From: Schmidtea polychroa
Lineage: Eukaryota
Reading direction: 5' to 3'
NCBI GenBank assembly: GCA_044892525.1
Contig: CM097885.1
Location: 23,312,186 to 23,376,000, forward strand
Length of the DNA stretch: 63,815 nt
In this document: positions 12,801 through 27,800 of the stretch, in pieces
Numbering within the stretch: the stretch's first letter is position 1
Layout of the letters: each line of letters opens with the position of its first letter
Notes under the pieces: model-generated
What the model saw: the letters and a program-made list of their open reading frames with translations, nothing else
The model's database searches: none
Told to the model about the DNA's origin: nothing
Position numbers and translations under genes: made by a program

Positions 12801-15800
12801 CGATGAGCACAATTACATTATCCAAGCTCAAAAAGTAAAATCAAACACAAAGACATACAAGAATTAACAATGCCATCTCGCGTTCTTAGATCTTACGGAC
12901 GTCTTCGGGAGCATACTTCACGAAATAATCTGGCAAACTCTCCAAGAAAAGGAACTGAACAAAAAAACAATAAAACTACTGCAAGAATGTTATAAAGACT
13001 GCTCCACCATCTATCAAAGTGGAAGCACAACATCTAGCAAAATTAAACAAGTTAAAGGTATAAAGCAAGGATGCCCACTGTCCATGACTATCTTTAGCCT
13101 CTATATAGAATATCTTATACAAACAGCCTTCAACAGCAACAAAAGAATACAACTGGCAGGAGAAAAGATAAGTATACTACCATACGCAGATGGTCTAGAT
13201 CTTAATGGCTCCAGAGTGCCGCATAATACAGGAAATGCTAGATATAATAGTGGAAGAAGCTAATCTAGTACAGCTAACTTTCAAACCCGAGAAATGCAGA
13301 TATTACAGAAATAAATCAGATGACATTGGATGGGAAAATAGCATTTACACCAACGGATCAAATATTAAGCACATCAACGAAGCTAACCTCTATACTTATT
13401 TAGGTGTATCAATAGACAACACAAAAATAATTGACTTTAACGAAATATTTCAAAAATTCGAAACAAAAACAAGAAATATATTCGAATCACTACTAAGACC
13501 CCAACAAAAGATTGAAACATAAAAGATCTGTTGCCACTCAAAATTCGTCATCATTCTACAAACCGAAGAAATAGCTAAGTCCAAATCGAAAAATTCGACG
13601 ATAAAATAAGAATGAAGAAATAAAAGCCCCCTTATGGATGCAGTAATATATGGACCCAAATAAAAGGGATGTTTAGGTATCACAAAGGTAGTCAAGAAAC
13701 AACTAATACAAGCTACCAACAGATTCCTGAAACTAATCAATAGCAATTATATGACAATCTAAGATATAACAGATGCTTGCAAATGNNNNNNNNNNNNNNN
13801 NNNNNNNNNNNNNNNNNNNNNNNNNNNNNNNNNNNNNNNNNNNNNNNNNNNNNNNNNNNNNNNNNNNNNNNNNNNNNNNNNNNNNNNNNNNNNNNNNNNN
13901 NNNNNNNNNNNNNNNNNNNNNNNNNNNNNNNNNNNNNNTGAAGTCATGGTTGGACAGAGTTAAAGATGTGATAAAATCTCTGAACAAATCCCATGAAATA
14001 GCGATAACATTCATCATGAGAAAAATCCCAAACACAAGAAAAATCAAAAAAAGTATTCCAACCTCATTTAGATGAGATTTCAAAGAACCTACATTGGATG
14101 ATTCGGGAGGCATATTTTAGAAATGCAGAAACTATTATAACCCTCACGAACCATCCATACATACACTAAACTAGAGGAACTAGAATGAGGACCAACAAAC
14201 ATCATGAAGTTCAAAAAAATACGTCGAATATCAACCAACCAAGACCAAAATGATCGTAAAAGTAATCAAAAGATCGCGGAAGACCTCCGAAAATCATCGA
14301 AGCTTCATCAATAAAAAGAAAAGAAGTATTACGATGGTTTTACCGGCATCGCAAAAATGACACACTAGTGAACTCATAGCCCCATATAATAGCTCGCTAT
14401 TATATATTTTCCGTGCAAATTAATTATGCTTTTATACGTTTTCATTAAGAAATGTTTTGACCTCTTTTTAATAAATATTTAAGAAAACAACATACATCGA
14501 AATCTGTCCATGCGGACACTTTTTGGCTCATGCTGATTTTCAGCATTGTATGACTCCCCGCTATAAAAAGAAACTATTATTAACTAAAAATTTGTAAAGA
14601 CCTAATCTATTATCCGGGATATGCAGATATTCTCAAACAAATTTCCTTTTTACCTGCAAACAAACTTTCTTTTAAAATTATTAAACATTTTTAACGAAAC
14701 TAGGTATTTTAAATAATATAAAAATAAAGAGAAAATACTCTAGAAAAAAAGCTGTTAATATCGTTTCTTTGGAAAACCGATTATTAGTTGTAGAAATTCG
14801 ATTTTAAACCAATTATCGTTTCTTAATGACCTTCTTATAAACATTAAAATAAAAACCAAGTTACTTTATATGTTATCATTGTTATGTATCGTTACATAGA
14901 TACATGAAAGACAATGTCAAATCCAAATTGTTTATTTTGAACTTAGAGATTAAATAGACATATTATAGTAGAGTATTTAATATCGGTTTTTGGTTAAACG
15001 ATTATCATTTTCAAAACAAATAATCAAATTTTTAATTTTCATTTAACATGAATACGAGAAAATGACAAAATTCATGACATTATTGTACTATTAACCACTT
15101 GCCGGGCGATTTTTTTTTCATGTTTTCGGTCAAAAAAAAACTATTTTTTTTAAATCATTAATTAATAGTATATAATCAAAATATAACGTAAATATTTTTT
15201 TTTAATTTTCCGAGTTTGTATTCACTAATTATTAAATATTGTTATTATATAAAAAAATAAGAGCCACTGTGTAGATATCATCTCTTAGGATATTAAATAA
15301 GAGTCCCATCATAAAATTAGTCAACTGTGAGGTTATAAATAATGAACCCGCTCGATGAACCCATTTTATAAATCAATAAAATATATTTTTAACAGTTAAA
15401 AATTAAATAGTTCAAAGTGCGCACACACACACGTACACAAACAAAAAACAGTTTGAAAAACACAAAATGTCCGAAGAACGAAGTGAAACAATTCAAAAAC
15501 GATGCAGTCGCGCGCGTGGTTATTGGACAACTGATATTTAAGAAAATATGAAAAAAATACGAACCTGGAATTCATGTGTGTATAGCCGAAAATTCACATG
15601 TGTTTATAAAAAAAATGACCTAAGAAATGGCAGTTTAGAACATAAATATCGTATAATAATGTTGTTCGAAATATCGCTCATATGTTAGTCCACGCCCGGG
15701 ATCAGATTTCTATTTCAAAGGACAATATTTTTTCTATATGAGTTTGCGCTCACATGTGAGCGCTCGCCTGGCAAGTGGTTAAACATTTTAAAGATAAAAT

Positions 15801-18800
15801 TTAGAATGTAATAATAAATAAATCATAATAAAAAATATTATTTATTTACTTATTTCGTTATTGGCAGTCAAAGTGACAAAAGATCTGCATAACGTTTTTA
15901 AGTGACTCAAAACTACATTTCCATATATCAAAATATATTTTACATAAATTTTGTAGATAATGTAGATAAAGTGGATAATATAAATAACACAACAAATTTT
16001 CATTTTTAGTCTCTACAACACCAACAACTTCGAAAACTCCTCAAACTACTACAACACCATCAGGTTATATATATTGGATGATTATTATTAAAAAAAAATT
16101 GATTCAGTTTGCAAAGAAACTTTAACATTAGTTTCAACAAAAGAATTTATAAGTGAAATATTAACAAGTAGCAACTACAAAAACAAAGAAAATATTATTA
16201 CGGAATCTTGGACTTCGAATGTAGAGGATGCCACACCAAATATAAACATTAATTTCTACAAGCCAATAACAATAACAGAAATAATCTTTGAAAATCAGTC
16301 CAACATCGGAAGATACACGTATGCTATCTACATTGAATGCAAATAATTCAGTTAATCTTTGATGATAGGATAATTATAACAGAGCCAAACACTTTTCAAT
16401 CCAAAATACTTAAAGCTAACGAAGAAAATAAAAGTTATAATGAAAAAATTAAAACTGAAAATATCAACATCCAAATTATAAGTTTATCAATAACGTTAAT
16501 CAAAAGAAATAAATCGGATGAAGTAAAATTAAAATTAATAATTATTGGATGCATAAAGAAAGGAACAAAAGAAACAACCACAACAATATCGACTCAAACT
16601 CCCACTGTTACAAGTACTGGCTCAAGTTCACAACCGATATCATCAACAACGACCTCAAGAATAACAGGTAAAATATCGAAATTATAATAATTTACACATT
16701 TTTACCATTTCTTTGGATTGGCCTTGTAACTTGGTTTTTTAATCTTTCTTTTTATGTTTGACAATGTTGACGTGTTTCAGGTTGCAAAGAAAAGTCTGTT
16801 TTGATTTCAACTAAAGAGTATGTGAAAGAAATCGTTGTACCGAAAAATGGAACATCAGAAACCAGTTTGATAACCGATATTTGGAATATAACTGTAATTA
16901 AAACAGAACCGAAATTCGAAATCAAATTCTACAAACCTGTCATCGTTACGAAGATCAAATTTGAAAACATCGTGAATATCCAGACATTCAAGTAAAATTT
17001 GATTATTGAAATCAAAGATCGAAAATGTTAATATAAACTTTAGTGTACTTGTTCTTTATGAGAACGAAAAAGACTATAAAACATTCGAAACAGGACTTAA
17101 TGTGAAATACATAAAGGAATACGAGGAAATTGAAAGGATTGTTGAGAAAGTGTCAGCTATAAAGATTACATTTATTTTGACATCTCTGAAAGAGAAAGTG
17201 TCATTAAAAGTAACAATTGAAGGATGCGGAGAACAGGAAACGACTACAGAAAAATCTACAACAATATCTATTTCCAGTCCGACTGTGTCATTAACTAGAA
17301 CTGGAACTAAATCGACAGAGTCTACTGCCACGACCACACCATATTCTTCGCCATCAACAACAACTGGATCCACGACCTCTGAAACTACAACGACTCAATC
17401 AACATTGACAGGAACTATAACGACTCCTTCATCTACGGCCACGACCACAACATATTCCTCGCCATCAACAACAACAGGATCCACGACCTCTGAAACTACA
17501 ACGACTCAATCAACATCGACAGGAACTATAACGACTCCTTCATCTACGGCCACGACCACAACATATTCCTCGCCATCAACAACAACTGGATCAACGACCT
17601 CTGAAACTACAACGACTCAATCAACATCGACAGGAACTATTACGACTCCTTCATCTACGGCCACGACCACAATGTATTCCTCGCCATCAACAACAACTGG
17701 ATCCACGACCTCTGGAACTACAACGACTGAATCAACATCGACAGGAACTGCTACGACTTCATCATCAATTGTCACTAGTAGTGAATCATCTTCTTCAACA
17801 ACAACTACAACTCAAACTCCCACTGTTACAAGTACTGGCTCAAGTTCTCAACCGATATCATCAACAACGACCTCAAGAATAACAGGTAAAATATCGAAAT
17901 TATAATAATTTTCACATTTTAACCATTTCTTTGGATTGGCCTTGTAACTTGGTTTTTTAATCTTTCTTTTTATGTTTGACAATGTTGGCGTGTTTCAGGT
18001 TGCAAAGAAAAGTCTGTTTTGATTTCAACTAAAGAGTATGTGAAAGAAATCGTTGTACCGAAAAATGGAACATCTGAAACCAGTTTGATAACCGATATTT
18101 GGAATATAACTGTAATTAAAACAGAACCGAAATTCGAAATCAAATTCTACAAACCTGTCATCGTTACGAAGATCAAATTTGAAAACATCGTGAATATCCA
18201 GACATTCAAGTAAAATTTGATTATTGAAATCAAAGATCGAAAATGTTAATATAACCTTTAGTGTACTTGTTCTTTATGAGAACGAAAAAGACTATAAAAC
18301 ATTCGAAACAGGACTTAATGTGAAATACATAAAGGAATACGAGGAAATTGAAAGGATTGTTGAGAAAGTGTCAGCTATAGAGATTACATTTATTTTGACA
18401 TCTCCGAAAGAGAAAGTGTCATTAAAAGTAACAATCGAAGGATGCGGAGAACAGGAAACGACTACAGAAAAATCTACAACAATATCTATTTCCAGTCCGA
18501 CTGTGTCATTAACTAGAACTGGAACTAAATCGACAGAGTCTACTGCCACGACCACACCATATTCTTCGCCATCAACAACAACTGGATCCACGACCTCTGA
18601 AACTACAACGACTCAATCAACATCGACAGGAACTATAACGACTCCTTCATCTACGGCCACGACCACAACATATTCCTCGCCATCAACAACAACTGGATCA
18701 ACGACCTCTGAAACTACAACGACTCAATCAACATCGACAGGAACTATAACGACTCCTTCATCTACGGCCACGACCACAACATATTCCTCGCCATCAACAA

Positions 18801-21800
18801 CAACAGGATCCACGACCTCTGAAACTACAACGACTCAATCAACATCGACAGGAACTATAACGACTCCTTCATCTACGGCCACGACCACAACATATTCCTC
18901 GCCATCAACAACAACTGGATCAACGACCTCTGAAACTACAACGACTCAATCAACATCGACAGGAACTATAACGACTCCTTCATCTACGGCCACGACCACA
19001 ATATATTCCTCGCCATCAACAACAACTGGATCCACGACCTCTGGAACTACAACGACTGAATCAACATCGACAGGAACTGCTACGACTTCATCATCAATTG
19101 TCACTAGTAGTGAATCATCTTCTTCAACAACAACTACAACTCAAACTCCCACTCTTACAAGTACTGGCTCAAGTTCTCAACCGATATCATCAACAACGAC
19201 CTCAAGAATAACAGGTAAAATATCGAAATTATAATAATTTTCACATTTTAACCATTTCTTTGGATTGGCCTTGTAACTTGGTTTTTTAATCTTTCTTTTT
19301 ATGTTTGACAATGTTGGCGTGTTTCAGGTTGCAAAGAAAAGTCTGTTTTGATTTCAACTAAAGAGTATGTGAAAGAAATCGTTGTACCGAAAAATGGAAC
19401 ATCTGAAACCAGTTTGATAACCGATATTTGGAATATAACTGTAATTAAAACAGAACCGAAATTCGAAATCAAATTCTACAAACCTGTCATCGTTACGAAG
19501 ATCAAATTTGAAAACATCGTGAATATCCAGACATTCAAGTAAAATTTGATTATTGAAATCAAAGATCGAAAATGTTAATATAACCTTTAGTGTACTTGTT
19601 CTTTATGAGAACGAAAAAGACTATAAAACATTCGAAACAGGACTTAATGTGAAATACATAAAGGAATACGAGGAAATTGAAAGGATTGTTGAGAAAGTGT
19701 CAGCTATAAAGATTACATTTATTTTGACATCTCCGAAAGAGAAAGTGTCATTAAAAGTAACAATCGAAGGATGCGGAGAACAGGAAACGACTACAGAAAA
19801 ATCTACAACAATATCTATTTCCAGTCCGACTGTGTCATTAACTAGAACTGGAACTAAATCGACAGAGTCTACTGCCACGACCACACCATATTCTTCGCCA
19901 TCAACAACAACTGGATCCACGACCTCTGAAACTACAACGACTCAATCAACATCGACAGGAACTATAACGACTCCTTCATCTACGGCCACGACCACAACAT
20001 ATTCCTCGCCATCAACAACAACAGGATCCACGACCTCTGAAACTACAACGACTCAATCAACATCGACAGGAACTATAACGACTCCTTCATCTACGGCCAC
20101 GACCACAACATATTCCTCGCCATCAACAACAACTGGATCAACGACCTCTGAAACTACAACGACTCAATCAACATCGACAGGAACTATAACGACTCCTTCA
20201 TCTACGGCCACGACCACAATATATTCCTCGCCATCAACAACAACTGGATCCACGACCTCTGGAACTACAACGACTGAATCAACATCGACAGGAACTGCTA
20301 CGACTTCATCATCAATTGTCACTAGTAGTGAATCATCTTCTTCAACAACAACTACAACTCAAACTCCCACTGTTACAAGTACTGGCTCAAGTTCTCAACC
20401 GATATCATCAACAACGACCTCAAGAATAACAGGTAAAATATCGAAATTATAATAATTTTCACATTTTAACCATTTCTTTGGATTGGCCTTGTAACTTGGT
20501 TTTTTAATCTTTCTTTTTATGTTTGACAATGTTGGCGTGTTTCAGGTTGCAAAGAAAAGTCTGTTTTGATTTCAACTAAAGAGTATGTGAAAGAAATCGT
20601 TGTACCGAAAAATGGAACATCTGAAACCAGTTTGATAACCGATATTTGGAATATAACTGTAATTAAAACAGAACCGAAATTCGAAATCAAATTCTACAAA
20701 CCTGTCATCGTTACGAAGATCAAATTTGAAAACATCGTGAATATCCAGACATTCAAGTAAAATTTGATTATTGAAATCAAAGATCGAAAATGTTAATATA
20801 ACCTTTAGTGTACTTGTTCTTTATGAGAACGAAAAAGACTATAAAACATTCGAAACAGGACTTAATGTGAAATACATAAAGGAATACGAGGAAATTGAAA
20901 GGATTGTTGAGAAAGTGTCAGCTATAAAGATTACATTTATTTTGACATCTCCGAAAGAGAAAGTGTCATTAAAAGTAACAATCGAAGGATGCGGAGAACA
21001 GGAAACGACTACAGAAAAATCTACAACAATATCTATTTCCAGTCCGACTGTGTCATTAACTAGAACTGGAACTAAATCGACAGAGTCTACTGCCACGACC
21101 ACACCATATTCTTCGCCATCAACAACAACTGGATCCACGACCTCTGAAACTACAACGACTCAATCAACATCGACAGGAACTATAACGACTCCTTCATCTA
21201 CGGCCACGACCACAACATATTCCTCGCCATCAACAACAACAGGATCCACGACCTCTGAAACTACAACGACTCAATCAACATCGACAGGAACTATAACGAC
21301 TCCTTCATCTACGGCCACGACCACAACATATTCCTCGCCATCAACAACAACTGGATCAACGACCTCTGAAACTACAACGACTCAATCAACATCGACAGGA
21401 ACTATAACGACTCCTTCATCTACGGCCACGACCACAATATATTCCTCGCCATCAACAACAACTGGATCCACGACCTCTGGAACTACAACGACTGAATCAA
21501 CATCGACAGGAACTGCTACGACTTCATCATCAATTGTCACTAGTAGTGAATCATCTTCTTCAACAACAACTACAACTCAAACTCCCACTGTTACAAGTAC
21601 TGGCTCAAGTTCTCAACCGATATCATCAACAACGACCTCAAGAATAACAGGTAAAATATCGAAATTATAATAATTTTCACATTTTAACCATTTCTTTGGA
21701 TTGGCCTTGTAACTTGGTTTTTTAATCTTTCTTTTTATGTTTGACAATGTTGGCGTGTTTCAGGTTGCAAAGAAAAGTCTGTTTTGATTTCAACTAAAGA

Positions 21801-24800
21801 GTATGTGAAAGAAATCGTTGTACCGAAAAATGGAACATCTGAAACCAGTTTGATAACCGATATTTGGAATATAACTGTAATTAAAACAGAACCGAAATTC
21901 GAAATCAAATTCTACAAACCTGTCATCGTTACGAAGATCAAATTTGAAAACATCGTGAATATCCAGACATTCAAGTAAAATTTGATTATTGAAATCAAAG
22001 ATCGAAAATGTTAATATAACCTTTAGTGTACTTGTTCTTTATGAGAACGAAAAAGACTATAAAACATTCGAAACAGGACTTAATGTGAAATACATAAAGG
22101 AATACGAGGAAATTGAAAGGATTGTTGAGAAAGTGTCAGCTATAAAGATTACATTTATTTTGACATCTCCGAAAGAGAAAGTGTCATTAAAAGTAACAAT
22201 CGAAGGATGCGGAGAACAGGAAACGACTACAGAAAAATCTACAACAATATCTATTTCCAGTCCGACTGTGTCATTAACTAGAACTGGAACTAAATCGACA
22301 GAGTCTACTGCCATGACCACACCATATTCTTCGCCATCAACAACAACTGGATCCACGACCTCTGAAACTACAACGACTCAATCAACATCGACAGGAACTA
22401 TAACGACTCCTTCATCTACGGCCACGACCACAACATATTCCTCGCCATCAACAACAACTGGATCAACGACCTCTGAAACTACAACGACTCAATCAACATC
22501 GACAGGAACTATTACGACTCCTTCATCTACGGCCACGACCACAAAATATTCCTCGCCATCAACAACAACTGGATCCACGACCTCTGGAACTACAACGACT
22601 GAATCAACATCGACAGGAACTGCTACGACTTCATCATCAATTGTCACTAGTAGTGAATCATCTTCTTCAACAACAACTACAACTCAAACTCCCACTGTTA
22701 CAAGTACTGGCTCAAGTTCTCAACCGATATCATCAACAACGACCTCAAGAATAACAGGTAAAATATCGAAATTATAATAATTTTCACATTTTAACCATTT
22801 CTTTGGATTGGCCTTGTAACTTGGTTTTTTAATCTTTCTTTTTATGTTTGACAATGTTGGCGTGTTTCAGGTTGCAAAGAAAAGTCTGTTTTGATTTCAA
22901 CTAAAGAGTATGTGAAAGAAATCGTTGTACCGAAAAATGGAACATCTGAAACCAGTTTGATAACCGATATTTGGAATATAACTGTAATTAAAACAGAACC
23001 GAAATTCGAAATCAAATTCTACAAACCTGTCATCGTTACGAAGATCAAATTTGAAAACATCGTGAATATCATGACATTCAAGTAAAATTTGATTATTGAA
23101 ATCAAAGATCGAAAATGTTAATATAAACTTTAGTGTACTTGTTCTTTATGAGAACGAAAAAGACTATAAAACATTCGAAACAGGACTTAATGTGAAATAC
23201 ATAAAGGAATACGAGGAAATTGAAAGGATTGTGGAGAAAGTGTCAGCTATAAAGATTACATTTATTTTGACATCTCCGAAAGAGAAAGTGTCATTAAAAG
23301 TAACAATCGAAGGATGCGGAGAACAGGAAACGACTACAGAAAAATCTACAACAATATCTATTTCCAGTCCGACTGTGTCATTAACTAGAACTGGAACTAA
23401 ATCGACAGAGTCTACTGCCACGACCACACCATATTCTTCGCCATCAACAACAACTGGATCCACGACCTCTGAAACTACAACGACTCAATCAACATCGACA
23501 GGAACTATAACGACTCCTTCATCTACGGCCACGACCACAACATATTCCTCGCCATCAACAACAACTGGATCAACGACCTCTGAAACTACAACGACTCAAT
23601 CAACATCGACAGGAACTATTACGACTCCTTCATCTACGGCCACGACCACAAAATATTCCTCGCCATCAACAACAACTGGATCCACGACCTCTGGAACTAC
23701 AACGACTGAATCAACATCGACAGGAACTGCTACGACTTCATCATCAATTGTCACTAGTAGTGAATCATCTTCTTCAACAACAACTACAACTCAAACTCCC
23801 ACTGTTACAAGTACTGGCTCAAGTTCTCAACCGATATCATCAACAACGACCTCAAGAATAACAGGTAAAATATCGAAATTATAATAATTTTCACATTTTA
23901 ACCATTTCTTTGGATTGGCCTTGTAACTTGGTTTTTTAATCTTTCTTTTTATGTTTGACAATGTTGGCGTGTTTCAGGTTGCAAAGAAAAGTCTGTTTTG
24001 ATTTCAACTAAAGAGTATGTGAAAGAAATCGTTGTACCGAAAAATGGAACATCTGAAACCAGTTTGATAACCGATATTTGGAATATAACTGTAATTAAAA
24101 CAGAACCGAAATTCGAAATCAAATTCTACAAACCTGTCATCGTTACGAAGATCAAATTTGAAAACATCGTGAATATCATGACATTCAAGTAAAATTTGAT
24201 TATTGAAATCAAAGATCGAAAATGTTAATATAAACTTTAGTGTACTTGTTCTTTATGAGAACGAAAAAGACTATAAAACATTCGAAACAGGACTTAATGT
24301 GAAATACATAAAGGAATACGAGGAAATTGAAAGGATTGTGGAGAAAGTGTCAGCTATAAAGATTACATTTATTTTGACATCTCCGAAAGAGAAAGTGTCA
24401 TTAAAAGTAACAATCGAAGGATGCGGAGAACAGGAAACGACTACAGAAAAATCTACAACAATATCTATTTCCAGTCCGACTGTGTCATTAACTAGAACTG
24501 GAACTAAATCGACAGAGTCTACTGCCACGACCACACCATATTCTTCGCCATCAACAACAACTGGATCCACGACCTCTGAAACTACAACGACTCAATCAAC
24601 ATCGACAGGAACTATAACGACTCCTTCATCTACGGCCACGACCACAACATATTCCTCGCCATCAACAACAACAGGATCCACGACCTCTGAAACTACAACG
24701 ACTCAATCAACATCGACAGGAACTATAACGACTCCTTCATCTACGGCCACGACCACAACATATTCCTCGCCATCAACAACAACTGGATCAACGACCTCTG

Positions 24801-27800
24801 AAACTACAACGACTCAATCAACATCGACAGGAACTATTACGACTCCTTCATCTACGGCCACGACCACAATATATTCCTCGCCATCAACAACAACTGGATC
24901 CACGACCTCTGGAACTACAATGACTGAATCAACATCGACAGGAACTGCTACGACTTCATCATCAATTGTCACTAGTAGTGAATCATCTTCTTCAACAACA
25001 ACTACAACTCAAACTCCCACTGTTACAAGTACTGGCTCAAGTTCTCAACCGATATCATCAACAACGACCTCAAGAATAACAGGTAAAATATCGAAATTAT
25101 AATAATTTTCACATTTTAACCATTTCTTTGGATTGGCCTTGTAACTTGGTTTTTTAATCTTTCTTTTTATGTTTGACAATTTTGGCGTGTTTCAGGTTGC
25201 AAAGAAAAGTCTGTTTTGATTTCAACTAAAGAGTATGTGAAAGAAATCGTTGTACCGAAAAATGGAACATCTGAAACCAGTTTGATAACCGATATTTGGA
25301 ATATAACTGTAATTAAAACAGAACCGAAATTCGAAATCAAATTCTACAAACCTGTCATCGTTACGAAGATCAAATTTGAAAACATCGTGAATATCATGAC
25401 ATTCAAGTAAAATTTGATTATTGAAATCAAAGATCGAAAATGTTAATATAAACTTTAGTGTACTTGTTCTTTATGAGAACGAAAAAGACTATAAAACATT
25501 CGAAACAGGACTTAATGTGAAATACATAAAGGAATACGAGGAAATTGAAAGGATTGTTGAGAAAGTGTCAGCTATAAAGATTACATTTATTTTGACATCT
25601 CCGAAAGAGAAAGTGTCATTAAAAGTAACAATCGAAGGATGCGGAGAACAGGAAACGACTACAGAAAAATCTACAACAATATCTATTTCCAGTCCGACTG
25701 TGTCATTAACTAGAACTGGAACTAAATCGACAGAGTCTACTGCCACGACCACACCATATTCTTCGCCATCAACAACAACTGGATCCACGACCTCTGAAAC
25801 TACAACGACTCAATCAACATCGACAGGAACTATAACGACTCCTTCATCTACGGCCACGACCACAACATATTCCTCGCCATCAACAACAACAGGATCCACG
25901 ACCTCTGAAACTACAACGACTCAATCAACATCGACAGGAACTATAACGACTCCTTCATCTACGGCCACGACCACAACATATTCCTCGCCATCAACAACAA
26001 CTGGATCAACGACCTCTGAAACTACAACGACTCAATCAACATCGACAGGAACTATTACGACTCCTTCATCTACGGCCACGACCACAATATATTCCTCGCC
26101 ATCAACAACAACTGGATCCACGACCTCTGGAACTACAACGACTGAATCAACATCGACAGGAACTGCTACGACTTCATCATCAATTGTCACTAGTAGTGAA
26201 TCATCTTCTTCAACAACAACTACAACTCAAACTCCCACTCTCACAAGTACTGGCTCAAGTTCACAACCTATATCATCAACAACGACCTCAAGAATAACAG
26301 GTAAAATATCGAAATTATAATAATTTTCACATTTTAACCATTTCTTTGGATTGGCCTTGTAACTTGGTTTTTTAATCTTTCTTTTTTTGTTTGACAATGT
26401 TGGCGTGTTTCAGGTTGCAAAGAAAAGTCTGTTTTGATTTCAACTAAAGAGTATGTGAAAGAAATCGTTGTACCGAAAAATGGAACATCTGAAACCAGTT
26501 TGATAACCGATATTTGGAATATAACTGTAATTAAAACAGAACCGAAATTCGAAATCAAATTCTACAAACCTGTCATCGTTACGAAGATCAAATTTGAAAA
26601 CATCGTGAATATCATGACATTCAAGTAAAATTTGATTATTGAAATCAAAGATCGAAAATGTTAATATAAACTTTAGTGTACTTGTTCTTTATGAGAACGA
26701 AAAAGACTATAAAACATTCGAAACAGGACTTAATGTGAAATACATAAAGGAATACGAGGAAATTGAAAGGATTGTTGAGAAAGTGTCAGCTATAAAGATT
26801 ACATTTATTTTGACATCTCCGAAAGAGAAAGTGTCATTGAAAGTAACAATCGAAGGATGCGGAGAACAGGAAACGACTACAGAAAAATCTACAACAATAT
26901 CTATTTCCAGTCCGACTGTGTCATTAACTAGAACTGGAACTAAATCGACAGAGACTACACCATATTCTTCGCCATCAACAACAACTGGATCCACGACCTC
27001 TGAAACTACAACGACTCAATCAACATCGACAGGAACTATAACGACTCCTTCATCTACGGCCACGACCACAACATATTCCTCGCCATCAACAACAACTGGA
27101 TCAACGACCTCTGAAACTACAACGACTCAATCAACATCGACAGGAACTATTACGACTCCTTCATCTACGGCCACGACCACAATATATTCCTCACCATCAA
27201 CAACAACTGGATCCACGACCTCTGGAACTACAACGACTCAATCAACATCGACAGGAACTGCTACGACTTCATCATCAATTGTCACTAGTAGTGAATCATC
27301 TTCTTCAACAACAACCACAACTCAAACTCCAACTGTTACAAATACTGGATCAAGTTCGCAACCGATTTCCTCGACACGTTCTGTATCTTTAACTCCTTCT
27401 CAAAGTAGTTCATCCATTAGTTCATCTAAAAACACTTTATCATCCAGTGTGTCGACTCCTGGTTTGTTATTTTTCATTTTAAATATAAATATTTTTTTAT
27501 TTCTTTAGCTCCTTGCAAAATTGTGGAAACGTTTGAGTATACTGATATTTTAGCTTCACACCAAGTTCTTTCCTTAGTTACCGGAGTCGATCGTTCAGTT
27601 ATGCTTTCTGCTTTACGTTCTGGTTCTGTAGTAGAGTTTTATCCAAATAAATTTTCTCTGACGTTCACATTTGATGGAAATTCAGCCCTTCCTTTTATAT
27701 CCAAGGTTTAGAATTTATTTTTTGAGATATTTTTTATTTATTTTATTTCAGATATTTATTGGAGAAAATATTAAATCTGTTGTTGTGACCTATTATGATT

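Larger units (their letters stand above)
16592..27375 (+). repeat. Tandem array 1: nine intron-containing discoidin-PTS modules starting at 16781, 17999, 19328, 20546, 21764, 22871, 23978, 25196, 26414
   Basis: Periods 1218, 1329, 1218, 1218, 1107, 1107, 1218, 1218 bp, differing by multiples of 111. Each unit is a 211-bp exon, 52-bp intron, PTS exon and 113-bp intron. Confidence 0.97.

Noticed and set aside
13733-14113. ORFs running through N gaps (also 30458-30766 and 56882-57105)
   Set aside because: Artefacts of N translation.
17074-17373. Recurrent antisense ORFs MDPVVVDGEEY...
   Set aside because: Shadow frames of the Thr/Ser-rich sense exon; no independent coding signal.
17006-17905. 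ORF-track proteins starting MKSKIEN... and MISTKEY... read as 16 separate small genes
   Set aside because: They start at non-ATG codons, the MKSKIEN ones inside the 52-bp intron, and they end inside introns. Splicing joins them into one frame.
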